NCBI RefSeq assembly: GCF_006345805.1
Contig: NC_043002.1
Span: forward strand, 32,178,001-32,242,000
Direction of reading: 5' to 3'
Length of the DNA: 64,000 bases
Source: Octopus sinensis
Lineage: Eukaryota
Made by a program: the position numbers and the translations under genes. The notes below the pieces were generated by a model, which was not told where the DNA came from, ran no database searches, and saw only the letters and a list, made by a program, of their open reading frames with translations. This document shows, in pieces, positions 37,846-50,899 of the stretch. Each line of letters opens with the position of its first letter. The first letter of the stretch is position 1.

Positions 37846-37952
37846 AGATAGATACATAGATACATACATATATATATATGTATATATACATGTATGTATA
37901 TATATATATGTACATATTTATATATATATACGTATGTATATATATGTGCGTG

Positions 37953-38018
<66 letters not shown>

Positions 38019-39687
38019 CATGTATATTATATATAAAGCATAAAATCAGGAGATGGATTTATTTTTCTGCATGATTCCTATATAATTTCAAATGTTTCAT
38101 AACCCTTGTTATTTGCAGTATTAAAACATTATACATATATGTTTATTTACAACGATTTTTATGCTTAACAATATATAATACAATTGTATATTCACATATT
38201 TAACTGAGAGTTAAATCGTAGATGTACACTTGATATTCTAGAGATCTGATTATTTATCTGTCTTTATTTCGCCTCAGTGTGTGAGTATGCAATTGTATTT
38301 ATTGTATCATGATGAGCATACACATCTTTTGATGTAAACATATTCATAGAATTTCTGCATACTGAAATTAATACCACTACACGACAAAGGTTACGAAAAT
38401 GTGAAAATCATACAAAAAACATCCATAATACCATTTTTGCAATATTCTGGAATTAGGTACATCTGATATAGGCCGATGAGTTCAAATTTTCTATTCTAAT
38501 GAAGTCTCATTGAACCTTGTATAAGTTTTCAACGTAGTGTTTCGGCGAGTTTTCATTTTTTTTATTTTTCATTGTTTGTCATTGTATTAAGATCAACTAT
38601 TTAGTGTCCTTCCTATAATTATCTAATGAACTCTCCAATCAATATTGTCGTTTTCCTTGCCTTATCCACTACAAGCTGTAAGCTACTATCCTCAATCTTT
38701 ATGGCTTGGCGATGCTCAAGAGATCAAACAAAAAAGCTGTCCGTGGGCCTCACATAGAATTTTTTTTTTTTTTATAAAAGCTGGATTTAAATTAGAAATA
38801 ACTATATAAGAAGTAAAATAAAGAAAGCTATTTTCATCTAGTTTTATAATTCATACTTGTGCATAATAAAATTATGAATAATTTGTTTTTGAAGGTACTT
38901 GACCATAAGTATCGATTTTCTAAAACTTAAAACGTTTTTTTGAAGATATTCAAAGTTGCTAGATATCCATTGAATTAAACCATTTAAGAACCTTTGATGT
39001 AGGTCACCCAAAGCATTTAAAGATTATTCAGTATTTTCTTTCCACACACCAGTGCAGCATAACACTTCAAATTATACACGCTAAGGTTACGATGCATTGC
39101 AACCCCCCGTTTTGCTATTTACACCTTAAAAACACGGAATGTTTGCAGTATATTGTGCCCCTCTATTTGAATATGTTAGATTAATGTAACTGGAATAAAT
39201 AAATTTCAAGTTTATAATGACAAAGAAAAATAGTAGGTTCTGCTAATTGCCTGTAAGCACACTCGCTGTGTTCGGTGCATTCGGGTGGATTTCTCGAAAT
39301 TGAAAGAAGAAACTGTCACAAAAACGGAGAGAAAAGGCAGCAGGATTATGCGTCAAAGAGAGAGTAGATTCTGCAGGGTTTCATAGGTTTCTGGCCTTTG
39401 TGCTATTGTGCAACGGGCTTCTGTTGGGAAAACAAACTTTAAAGCACTTTGTCAGATAAGCAGAGGCACCACCTGTAGAAGGCGCAAAAAGGAAAAAGAA
39501 GCAATAGCATAAGCAGAGTCGTTTTTATCCTGAAACTATACGCTGAACAGAAAAAATTCTACTAAATGAACCCTTAAATCAAGAAATTGTGTTAAACCAA
39601 GGGATATGTTATGAGTACGATCAAAAGAGATTTCAATAAATAATCTCAGGTTAGTTGGCATTTATCATTCAGGATACTATACCTACA

Positions 39688-40053
39688 GTGGAGGCGCAAT
39701 GGCCCAGTGGTTAGGGCAGCGGACTCGCAGTCATAGGATCGCGGTTTTGATTCCCAGACCGGGCGTTGTCAGTGTTTATTGAGCGAAAACGCCTAAAGCT
39801 TCACGTGGCTCCGCAGTGGGTGGTGGCAAACACCGCTGTGTTCTTTCACCACAAGTTTCTCTCACTCGTTCTTCCTGTTTCTGTTGTACCGGTATTTGTG
39901 ACCAGCCTTGTCACACTGAATCTTCTCGAGAAATACATTAAGGGCTCACGTGTCTGTAGAGTGCTCAGCCACTTGCACGCTAATTTCACGAGCAGACTGT
40001 TCCGTTGATCGGATCAACTGGAACCTCGTCGTCGTAACCGACGCAGTGTTATG
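39688..40053 (+). mobile_element. tRNA-derived SINE family A with a 12-bp target-site duplication
   Basis: ACTATACCTACA occurs at 39676-39687 and 40054-40065. Body homologous to 34750. Confidence 0.92.
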
Positions 40054-40419
40054 ACTATACCTACATATGACTGTATTTTACACAAAAGAATTACGTTTAA
40101 ATATTAATTACAGAAGCCAATTTTGTTTTTGGCAGAGCCCGTAACCGTCAGCTCCCAAACGTAGCAAGATGAAAGAGGTTGCTTATGGAAATAAAGGTGT
40201 TGTTCGTGTAAGTGCTTCAAAGGTTGCTTTCGTTGTTGCTGCTGGTCCACTGCGCACAATTTGGTTTATTAGTGTTGCTGGAGATATTGGCAACTCTAAA
40301 TCAGCTCCAATATAGGTTTTATTTCTGACATGGATGATACATCAGTGTAGTGTTCGGTTGAGATTCAACAGAAATGGAAGAAAAGTTGAATTACTTTATC
40401 GAGAAAGAAACACATTCTG

Positions 40420-40453
40420 TTATATATACATACATACATACATGCATACATAT

Positions 40454-40516
<63 letters not shown>

Positions 40517-40522
40517 GTACGA

Positions 40523-40565
<43 letters not shown>

Positions 40566-40567
40566 AT

Positions 40568-40604
<37 letters not shown>

Positions 40605-40900
40605 GCATATATATATAATATGTATATATGTACGAGTGTATATATAATATATATATACATATATATATGTATGCGTATATATATATATATATATATATAT
40701 ACAAATGTACGTATATATATATATAATATTATATATATATATAATATATATATATATTATATATATATATATAATATATATTATATATATATATACATGT
40801 ATATTTATACATAGATATGCATACATACGTGTGTACATGCATAAACTTTCATATATATACACATTTATAAAGGCGTGTGTGTATGTATGTATGTATGTAA
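40420..40900. repeat. Long degenerate (TA)n microsatellite
   Basis: Directly visible. Confidence 0.95.
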
Positions 40901-41286
40901 TATGTATGTTGCTGTAGGTCAGGAAGGTAATTTTGCAAATGAAAACCACTTTTACTACAGGACTGATTGTATATTGTTCAATCAATTGAGAAACCAGTCT
41001 ATTGGTTCGTCAAGCCGCCAAGTGACTGATCGATGAAATAATTGATGAAACTATTATTCAAGCAACTCATAAGATACCAAGTTAATTAGTTGAACGGTTG
41101 ACTGATATTAAAATTGAGTGAACTACAACCAGTGTGTGTATTTTTATTGGCAAATTGACCCTTCCGACATACAACATCATCTGTTTCATCGCCTCACGTA
41201 ACATCAAATACCTTGCAAAACTAATGTACGTTGTGTGTGTATTATGTGTGTGTGTTTGCATAACAAATACATAAATACATGTCATG

Positions 41287-41351
<65 letters not shown>

Positions 41352-41863
41352 TAATAATAATAATTCTGAATTGAACATTAAGCCATATAAAAGGGCAGGT
41401 TGCATATTTTTACCTTTGTCAACAGAATATGCATAGTAAATATAGTTACTACTCAATAAGAGAAACCGGGAAAGCAATTTCATTTGCCGCAAATATTACT
41501 TGCTAATATTTCCAGCAGATGATGATGAAGTCGTCATCGTCGTCGTCGTCGTAACTATCTTTGGGAAAGACGCAAGGCAAAAGTTTCCACATAGTGCGAT
41601 TGGAGAAGATACATTTGTTTCAATTCGCTCTCAGTAAATGACTGGTTTTTCTTTTTATCGTAGCAGCCGACTGAAAAGACAGCCGAATTAGACGAGATTT
41701 AACATTCAGTGCCAGAAGGGACGCTCCTATATGTTGTACGAGATTTTTTTCAGTCACTGTAACAAACTGCTTACAATTTACAGGATGCTTCATTTGGAGA
41801 ATTTCATGGCCAAATTCCTCATCAAGATATAGAATCTAACCATTTTATACACTATAGTTTGTT

Positions 41864-42206
41864 CTGTTCGAACAAACTATAATAAAACTAGTTACTATCC
41901 AAAAATTGTTATATTGGCTTTTGGTGCAAAATGCACGCTTGTTTATATCGGTAGAGGGGAGATAAATCCTTGTCACCTCCAGCAACGAGACCACCAGATC
42001 ATATGATTTCGACATTCATTGGTCTAGTACGAAATCACGTGGTCTAGTAGTCTTGTCATGAAATCCCGTGATCTGTTGGTCTCGATGCTGAAGGTGGCAA
42101 GAATTTGCCTACTCGATAGAGATATATACAAAAATGAGTTTTGCACCAAAAGCCATTATGAGAGTTTCTCTCGTGGTATCTATCGCAGTGTAGTTTGTTC
42201 TAACAG
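41864..42206. repeat. Foldback (MITE-like) imperfect palindrome, ~340 bp
   Basis: Left arm ctgttcgaacaaacta...ggcttttggtgcaaaa...cttgtcacctccagcaacgagaccaccagatca pairs with right arm tgatctgttggtctcgatgctgaaggtggcaag...ttttgcaccaaaagcc...tagtttgttctaacag. Confidence 0.8.
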
Positions 42207-42400
42207 CACATCTACGTTTAAGTAGGGATAAATCTTACTTCTCGTTATTAATACTGTCACTGTCGCTAATAAATACTTCATACAATGTTGAATTTGTACA
42301 AGTTCATGCTGTTCATCAGATAGAACATATTACAAACTTTATCCAAATATTGAAATAAATATAACCAAAGTCTACCACTAAATGAATTGAGTAATGCTTT

Positions 42401-42628
42401 AAACCTTAGTTTTGTTGAATCAGGAACAAAACTAAAATATTTGCTATCCTCAAAATATAGAAACCTTGTTCTTGTGGAACAACTTTAGCGATACTGCTGA
42501 ATTAGAGCGGCCACTATAAGGGACGCAAACGTTTGAAAAGCCTACTAACTGCATCGACAGTTTAAGGCAGAACGAACAACAATATCATTTTCATAGAAGT
42601 GTGTCAACCTTCAGTGGTCAAACTGAAT
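42401..42628 (+). repeat. ~229-bp inverted repeat, copy A
   Basis: Reverse complement of 46302-46530, roughly 90 percent identical by manual alignment. Confidence 0.9.
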
Positions 42629-43148
42629 CAAAAATTCAAAGTATGTAGCCTTCGTTCAGACTTGTTTTCGACAATAGATTGTATATGTTTTGTTCGCTGG
42701 TGGTACCTGATTGCATGGCAGACTAATTCTACTGCACAGCAATTGTTAGTTCGTCTTTAAGCAAAATATCGCTAGTTCGAATAACTCCTTCAGTGAAAAA
42801 TATTTTAATTAATGTCATCAAGTTACTGTTTTTATTGCAGGTTTCCACTGTACAAAAGGGTGTTGCTTTGTGGGCTTTGGGTTATGGCAGTATTTGTTTT
42901 GTCTTTCATATTAGTCATGCTATTTTCTGTAATGAGATTTAGCTATACATATTGGCCTCTATCGCTTTATATGATTATCATGGAACATAATATTATAGCG
43001 ATTGTTTCTCTTTGCAAAATCAAGCTCTGGTTATCTCTGTTTCTAGATCATATTATTTGGATAATTTCTTCAATTCTGTTAGGGATATAACTGCGTAAAT
43101 TATCTGTTTCTTTTAGATATATTATAGTTGTTGCTGCGGAGGTCGTCG

Positions 43149-43182
<34 letters not shown>

Positions 43183-43369
43183 TATCATCATCATCATCAC
43201 CATCATCAATGCAATAGTAGAAGTAATGCTGGTTGAGATATCTCTGTTCCTGCTTTATCTCGTTAATCCTGCTCTTTCATTATTGGCATTTTTTTTTACC
43301 ATTTTAAAGCGTTCTTTTAAATGGATATAAGTTTTTATTATTCTTATTATCAGTAGTGCCATGCGATGC

Positions 43370-43521
43370 TTGACATTTTGGGTCAAAATTCTGCCGAGGT
43401 TAACTCTACTTTTCATCTTATCAAGGATCGATAAGATAAAGTACCAGTCAAGTACCGGAGTCGATGAAATCGACTAATCCCATCCCCTCAAAACTGTTGG
43501 CCTTCCATCTAGATTGGAAAA

Positions 43522-43522
<1 letters not shown>
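43370..43522 (+). mobile_element. SINE family C, diverged, with an (ATT)n tail
   Basis: tcaaaattctgccgaggt.aact.tact.ttcatc...gataa.ataaagtaccagtca.gtac.ggagtcgatg.aatcgac, then (ATT)n. Confidence 0.65.
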
Positions 43523-43578
<56 letters not shown>

Positions 43579-43792
43579 CATTATTATTATCATCGTTATT
43601 ATTATTATTATTATTATTATCATTATTATTATCATTATTATTATCATCATCATCATCATCATCACCATCACCAATATCAGCAGCAACATTGTTGTCATCG
43701 TCAGAGTCTTCATCATTAGTTTTTTTTTTCTGCTATATTTTTTTTCTTTTTTGCTCTTTTATCTTTTGTTCATGGAATGTACAGAGTTTACT

Positions 43793-44631
43793 TTAGAAAA
43801 ATATAATTAAAACGGGCAACAAAGACAAAACGATAGATATGACAGAACAAGCTGGTATCAAACGTGACAAATTGTTGGGACAGAACTTTGCGTTTGGGTA
43901 AGACGGCGAAGGGACAAAATCCTGCCAGGAAGCGCCACGTTGAAACAACGGTGGAACGGTTTTCTCGATGAAGTGGGCATAAAGAAAGTCTATTTTACTA
44001 GAATCGTCTTTTGCACTTTGAAAAATAATTGGAAACTCCATGGCCCAACCATCTGCTTCGCTCAAGTATCGTAGTAGTCCTTGGAATCTCATATGAAATT
44101 TATCAATTTTATTAGTTGGTAGAAGAATACCGTTCCCAAATTTGCCGTGTGCCAGGTAGAGTTGTTGTGTGGATGAGTTCAAATAAATAGTAATGTTACC
44201 AAAAGCAGGATTTCCATAAATACCGACATACTCTGACAGTGGCCGCTGATACCTCTGTAAGTCGGGAAACCGATTTTTTTTCTTATGCTGCCTTGATCTC
44301 CACCGACGGTGGAATGCATCGGCGTCATTCTTTGGTAGGGAAGATGATTTCTGTGCAACCATAACCCGACCGGATTTTTTCCTGTGTTTTGTTTTATTAT
44401 AATTCTGTAACCATGGATCTGGAAATGTGCACGAACTGGATTGATTGAGCCAAGCTTCTTGTCCAAGCAGCAAATCTGCGGCGTAGTGATGTATGACTCT
44501 TAATGCATTCTTAGAATGTGTGTTCATTGGACCGTTAACACTGCTGAATATCGCCACGTTATTGTCTGGGAATAACCATATTAAGGAATCATATCCAAAT
44601 ATCCTGCCGTTGTGCTGGACGTTATGAAAAC
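43793..44631 (-). CDS. Beta-lactamase-fold / peptidase S12-like serine hydrolase, terminal exon (HxG motif, DUF3471-like domain, GPI-like tail)
   Basis: Acceptor ttttctag|G at 44631 (phase 1) continues YRG|FHNVQHNGRIFGYDSLIWLFPDNNVAIFSSVNG. Contains LSEYVGIYGNPAFGNITI (DUF3471-like), five N-x-S/T sequons and the hydrophobic end CSVISIVLSLLPVLIIFF*. Open for 839 nt. Confidence 0.9.
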
Positions 44632-44908
44632 CTAGAAAATACACAATAAAATTATGAATGTTTTGTATAAATCACTACACACGAAACATTATTCCGTAAA
44701 ACGGAACCATCTAGTATTTTCTGAAGAGATTAAGAATACCAAATTTCGGGATTTAAAATTAGGGAATGGTATAATTTAAAAGAAATCTGTTCATGTATAC
44801 TAAGAGTCCTAAAACCGAAGCAAATGATATATTTCTCATGTACAAAAGCTCGAGAATTTAAAATATAGATACCTTACAACGAGAAACATTCATAAATACA
44901 CAAACATA

Positions 44909-44949
<41 letters not shown>

Positions 44950-46301
44950 ACATATACATATATTTATTAAACACAATAAAACATTTGTAGTTGTCCAATT
45001 GATGTCGCACTTTTCAAGCGAAATTTCGAACCAATTTAAAATAAACTCGATGTAAATTAAAATAATTTTGAAAAACAAAAAAACCTCAAAGCGACTTGAA
45101 TATATTTCCTAATTAAATACTGCTATGAAATCATATCTCTAATGCCTTTAGCTAAAGAGTAATAAATAACAGTTTAGTTCTGACACTAGCATAACTTCTA
45201 AAACAAGCACAAAAACAAACATCTTTTGTAAGTTCTGGTTGTAAATGCATTTGTTTAAATAAAACCATTCACCCATAAAGTTAACTTATACTTCTTTGGA
45301 AAATAATTAATCCCTGTTGAATGCAAACATTTTCAGTGTTCATTCAATGTTAATTGCGGATATTCGTTTAGACATTCAAAAAGTGATTCAACATATTCAT
45401 ATTCTTCCTCTTTCAATTTGCATTGAGCACGTACAATGTACAAATGTGAGACACTGTCTCAGTGTGTCCTATTATATGACTTTATCTTCTTAGCACTTCT
45501 TGCGGCATTTGTGGATTTCAGATTGTTACGTGGTATATAATAAACACAGACAAGATTCAAGGGCAGAATTTCCTATTTGGCTCCTTGGAAAATATTAGTA
45601 CTTGTAGCTTGAGAAAATCCAACTTTGCTTTGAGACAGACTGTTGTTGTCCATAAATAAATGCAGCATTATAGGTTTAAATTCAAATAAATCAGATTTAG
45701 AACGAATCTGCGTTAGTACAAACAATTTATATTACAAATAACTACTATTTATTTTCTAAATAACAACTATTTAATTTGCTTCGTGGTTCATTTAACTCCG
45801 ATTCCATTTTAACTTACTCTGAGCTCATTTTAATTTCTACTTAAAAGATGTCAAGAACTCTCCGAATGAACACGTGCAAGAGTTATCTCCCTTAGGTTAC
45901 ACGTGAACCATCTCGCAACTAAGTTAAAATACTACAATAAATTGGGGCATACAGTACAGCAAACAATTAATGAACTACTTCCATATTACTTCGTTCTTAA
46001 ATGAAGTTATCGAATCTCATAAAAAAGAAGTAATTAAAAAAACTGTTTAAACGTAAGACTAACCAAGGCTATTCACAGTACCTTCCCAGATAATACGTTG
46101 GTTCTATTGTTACACATTTATGCTTCGGCTTATATCTATAGAAAAAACCAAAGAGTTCGTGGGAAATTTATAGAAATTTAAGGGAAGGATTTATCAGAAA
46201 CAACTAATTACTTATTCTCATATTAGTCACAGTAGAAGAAAAGATTTAGCAGCTATGGTATCTGCAGGTGCATTCAGATCATTGATAGCCTGTCGTTCGA
46301 A

Positions 46302-46530
46302 ATTCAGTTTGACCACTGAAGATTGATACACTTCTACGAAAATGATTTTGTTGTTCGTTCTGCCTTAAACTGTCGCTGCAGTTAGTAGGCTTTTCAAACG
46401 TTTGCGTCCCCTTATAGTGGCCTCACTGATTCAGCAGTATCGCTAAAGTTGTTCCACAAGAAAAAGGTTTCTATATTTTGAGGATAGCAAATATTTTAGT
46501 TCTGTTCCTGACTTAACAAAGCTAAGGTTT
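46302..46530 (-). repeat. ~229-bp inverted repeat, copy B (in the last intron)
   Basis: Reverse complement of 42401-42628. Confidence 0.9.
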
Positions 46531-47220
46531 GATCTGCCCTAAACTTCTACATTCTGGAATTCCTCCACAGTGAGCTGTATTCTCTACTTAATTAATAATT
46601 ATTCCTCTAAAATACGCCACCACAAGCTTTCATATATATGGTTGCTAGTTCAATACCAAACTTCCCTTCATGTGAAAACTGGAAATGTTATTTTTCTGAC
46701 CAGCTAAAAGAAGAAAAGATTTAATCCTAAATCTTTTGCACTGAGCTTACACCCACAAGATTTGGCGAGTAAACAACTCGTTTAAATATAAAGATGGATG
46801 AAATCTCTAATACATTTCTCTTTTGTTCATATTTGCAATCTGCAATTTCTGTAATAAAGCTGGGTGAAAGTGTACTGGTATTCACATTGCCTTACGTTTG
46901 GCAACAACTGGTTCTTCATACTACTCAGCCCTGTTGCGATCTAGAGTGAATCTAATATTACATCTTTATAGTCTGTCCAGTTCAAAATATATCTGCAAAT
47001 GTAGACAAAACTGGAATTGGTGTCAAGAATGTAAATCAGAGAAACACTAGTAAATTTGTCATGCTGTGAAGCATGTCGCATACATGGCATTCGTTGTCAT
47101 AGTTTCATACAAGCTAAAATGACTTTATTGAAAAGTAAATGATTTTAAACACGGGTTGCATACGTTGCTTGTAATATGATACAAAACTGTGCCTCCAAAA
47201 ATGGATGTCCGCTGATCTAC

Positions 47221-47625
47221 CTTATTTCTTTATTGCCCACAAGGGGCTAAACATAGAGGGGACAAACAAGGAGAGATTAAGTCGATTACATCAACCCCAG
47301 TGCGTAACTGGTACTTAATTTATCGATCCCGAAAGGATGAAAGGCAAAGTCGACCTCGGCGGAATTTGAACTTAGAACGTAGAGACGGGCGAAATATCTA
47401 TTTCTTTACTGCCCACAAGGGGCTTAACACAGAGATGACAAACAAGGACAGACAGATTAAGTCGATTATATCAACCCCAGTGCGTAACTGGTACTTAATT
47501 TATCGACCCCGAAAGGATGAAAGTCGACCTTGGCGGAATTTGAATTCACAACCTAACGGCAGACGAAATACCGCTGAGCATTTAGCCCTGCATGCTAACG
47601 TTTCTGCCAGCTCACCACCTTATCC
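47221..47625 (-). mobile_element. SINE family C with a tandemly duplicated 3' half
   Basis: The block tttcttta.tgcccacaagggg...gtcgatta.atcaaccccagtgcgtaactggtacttaatttatcga.cccgaaaggatgaaag occurs twice (47225 and 47400). The head ends near 47620. Confidence 0.85.
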
Positions 47626-47833
47626 GCTGATCTACCTATCTGGTTATCTGCAACCCCTTAATCAGTATTATCACAATGATACTCTAATCATGTCTACAAA
47701 ACAAGAACATCAACAACTAATCCACTAGGAGTCCTCCATATAGTTACTCTCTCCTTCATGTGGCGCCCCATTGACTTGAAAAGGCAAGAATACATTGATG
47801 ATTACACGAGAACATAATGATAGAGAAGAAAAA

Positions 47834-48221
47834 TGGAGGCGCAATGGCCCAGTGGTTAGGGCAGCGGACTCGCGGTCGTAGGATCGCGGTTTCGATTCCC
47901 AGACCGGGCGTTGTGAGTGTTTATTGAGCGAAAACACCTAAAGCTCCACGAGGCTCCGGCAGAGATGGTGGTGATCCCTGCTGTACTCTTTCGCCACAAC
48001 TTTCTCTCACTCTTACTTCCTGTTTCTGTTGTACCTGTATTTCAAAGGGCCGGCCTTGTCACTCTCTGTGTCACGCTGAATATCCCCGAGAACTACGTTA
48101 AGGGTACACGTGTCTGTGGAGTGCTCAGCCACTTACACGTTAATTTCACGAGCAGGCTGTTCCGTTGATCGGATCAACCGGAACCCTCGTCGTCGTAACC
48201 GACGGAGTTCTTCCATCCAGT
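47834..48221 (+). mobile_element. tRNA-derived SINE family A, full length, 9-bp TSD
   Basis: GAAGAAAAA occurs at 47825-47833 and 48222-48230. A and B boxes intact. Confidence 0.92.
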
Positions 48222-48497
48222 GAAGAAAAAAAACGGGATATTGGGGGAAGAAGGCTGAAATGCTCCTCATCATAGCCGTGATAGATTAGGAATGATCTAG
48301 ATTTAAATAACATAAATAATACATCAGCAAATGCAATTTTAACAGCTACAGCAACAACAACAATAGCAACAATAATAGCAGCAACACCAATAAAAATAAC
48401 AACCAGAAAAACTACCAAGATTATAAAAAAAAAAAAACTATAACATATGAAACAATATGTAGAGGACTAAGTGCGTTATTGTGTTTAGAATATTCAC

Positions 48498-48757
48498 CTC
48501 TGTATATTCCTGAGCTCCAGCCTAAATCATAGGCAAACCGCCCTTCGGATATGGGAAAGGCAGGTTGCTTCAGTAGTTTCCGACCTAGAGGCATGGGTGT
48601 TGGTATCTGCGGCGTATGTAATTCCTGGAACTCTTTCTGGCTCACGAGCCGATGACCTCGCATGTCCAAACCCCCGCTTAGCTGAAACTGGAGCCATTTC
48701 TGCATATCTATTGAATTGGAGCATATGGTTCCGGATGGCCCTGCAGGTCCAAGCGAT
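48498..48757 (-). CDS. Beta-lactamase-fold serine hydrolase, penultimate exon
   Basis: Acceptor tttctactttcag|A (phase 2), donor G|gtgaat (phase 1), 260 nt. Encodes (K)SLGPAGPSGTICSNSIDMQKWLQFQLSGG...LHTPQIP...AYDLGWSSGIYR(G), like the PAGxxxSxxxDMxKW and YGLGW motifs of the family. Confidence 0.9.
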
Positions 48758-48769
48758 CTGAAAGTAGAA

Positions 48770-48770
48770 A

Positions 48771-48851
<81 letters not shown>

Positions 48852-49070
48852 TGGTGGTGGTAGTGGTGGTAGTGGTGGTGGTGGTAGTAGTAGTAGAGGT
48901 GGTGGTGGTGGTGGTGGTAGTAGTAGTAGTGGTGGTGGTGGTGGTGGTGGTGGTAGTAGTAGTAGTATTAGTAGTAGTAGTAGTAGTAGTTGTAGTAGTA
49001 GTAGTAGTGGTGGTGGTGGTGATGATGGTGGTGGTGGTAGTGGTGGTGGTGGTGCTGGTGTACCTGTGAA
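48770..49070. repeat. (GTA)n/(GTG)n/(GCA)n compound microsatellite abutting the exon acceptor
   Basis: Directly visible. Confidence 0.95.
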
Positions 49071-49317
49071 GTTAATGTTAGGATTGATTATATTCAATAT
49101 AATTTTACTGCCATTTCTATAAAAGTCAAATGCAGTTGTTTTTGAAATTGAATGCGTAAAAATACGGCACTTTACTGATTATGTCAAGCTAACAAAATAA
49201 TAATAATAATAATAACAATAATAATAACAATGATGATGATGATGATGATGATGATGATAATGATGATGATGATGATAATAATAATAATGATAATAATAAT
49301 AATAATAATAATAGTAC

Positions 49318-49505
49318 TTTCTACTATAGGCACAACGCTTAAAATTTGTGGAGAGGGGGATTTCACTAGTACTTAATTTATCGAACTCGAAATGATGAAA
49401 CGCTAAGTCGACCTCGGTGGAGTTTGAACTAAACATAAAGATGGACGAAATGCCGCTAAGCATTTTGCCCGGCGTGCTAATGATTCTGCCAGATGGCCGC
49501 CTTAA
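49318..49505 (-). mobile_element. SINE family C embedded in a TAA tract
   Basis: Minus strand aaggcggccatctggcagaatcattagcacgccgggcaaaatgcttagcggc...cctatagtagaaag, with (ATT)n on both sides. Confidence 0.85.
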
Positions 49506-49520
49506 ATAATAATAATGATC

Positions 49521-49551
<31 letters not shown>

Positions 49552-49554
<3 letters not shown>

Positions 49555-50378
49555 GAGAGCGAAGGTTTCATCCTGGCTGCTGAAGATCAATGCCTATTAA
49601 CCCGGAACTACCAGGCCAATGTGATGAAAAATGGAGCAGACCCAAAATGCCGATTCTGCAACGACATGATTGAAACAGTGGACCACCTAATCTCTGGATG
49701 TAAAGTCTTAGCACCAGTGGAGTATAAATTAAGACATGACAGAGTTGGTCAATATCTACACTGGCTAATAAGTCGGCATTACAATATCAAAACTGCCGAC
49801 AAGTGGTATAATCACCACCCTGAGGCTGTAACTGAAGGAGAAAATGTAACCATTCTGTGGGACTTTCCAGTACATACAGACCGAACCATCAAGGCCAATA
49901 AACCGGATATTGTTGTGAAAAACCAAAACAATAGAGTTTGCTTATTGATCGACATGAGCATCCCCTGTGATCATAATATCTCAGCGAAAGAGTTTGACAA
50001 GCTCAGAAAATATAAAGACCTACTCATTGAAATTGAGAAAATGTGGCATCTCAAGGCGGTTACAATATCAGTGATCGTAGGAGCACTAGGAATGATCAAG
50101 AAAGGAACCGAAAATTCTATGAGAATGATCCCTGGCTTACCATCCCTGCAAGAAGTGCAAAAGATTGTCTTAACTGGTACATCACACGTATTGAGAGGAG
50201 CATTGTCGATGTGAGAACTGTTGCTGTTCATGTATTTTAATTTAACTTAAAAAAAAAAAATGAACGAACTATTGAGTTTGGTTTAATGGCCTACCAATGT
50301 ATACTATGAGTTTCTTTGCCCTAGGAGTCGGGAAGACACACGGCAAGAAATGGAAGCAAATTTGAAAGAAGAGAAAAA
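49552..50378 (+). mobile_element. 5'-truncated R4/Dong-clade RLE LINE (zinc knuckle plus restriction-like endonuclease, 3' UTR)
   Basis: Open frame to the stop at 50214: CRFCNDMIETVDHLISGC (CCHC), RHD, KPDIVV...IDMSIP...KEFDKLRKYKDL (PD..D..K), VIVGALG, QKIVLTGT. (AAT)n on both sides. Confidence 0.9.
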
Positions 50379-50589
50379 ATAATAATAATAATAATGATAA
50401 TAATAATACTTTCCTTTATTGCCTACAAAGACCGAAAACAAAACAAATAGAGACGATACAATACAAGGTAAAAATGAAGTGTTGAACAATGCCTTGTATA
50501 CAATAAGTAACAAAAAGCAATTAAATAATAAAATCGCCCCAACAGGAATAAGTTCCTCACAGGGACGACCGAGGAACCTCACACATTCT

Positions 50590-50860
50590 GGTTATCCCCA
50601 GCAGATGTACTCCAGCAGGTGCCTCTCTTATTTTCAACTTCTCCGGTTTACAAACGAAAGTTCAGAGTATGCGTATTCACTCGGGCCATCCACGCCATAT
50701 TGACATACCTTTCAACAAAAATATTGGGAAGCAGAACTTCCCTCTCTACTCTCACTTTCCTTTTCAACTGGAACTTGAAAATGTCGATGAGGGCTTGGCG
50801 GAAAGGAAAATACCTGCCTTCAATCTTTTCAGTGTCGTCCATCTCACTACCTCCTTCGCC
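50590..50860 (-). mobile_element. L1/Tx1-type LINE 3' end
   Basis: FRQALIDIFKFQLKRKVRVEREVL...FVERYVNMAWMARVN aligns with IDFLKFHLKRKFRV in the 55990-56480 copy. Confidence 0.6.
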
Positions 50861-50899
50861 TTAGCCTCCAGATTTTCCAATCAACACCGACAGAACGAT

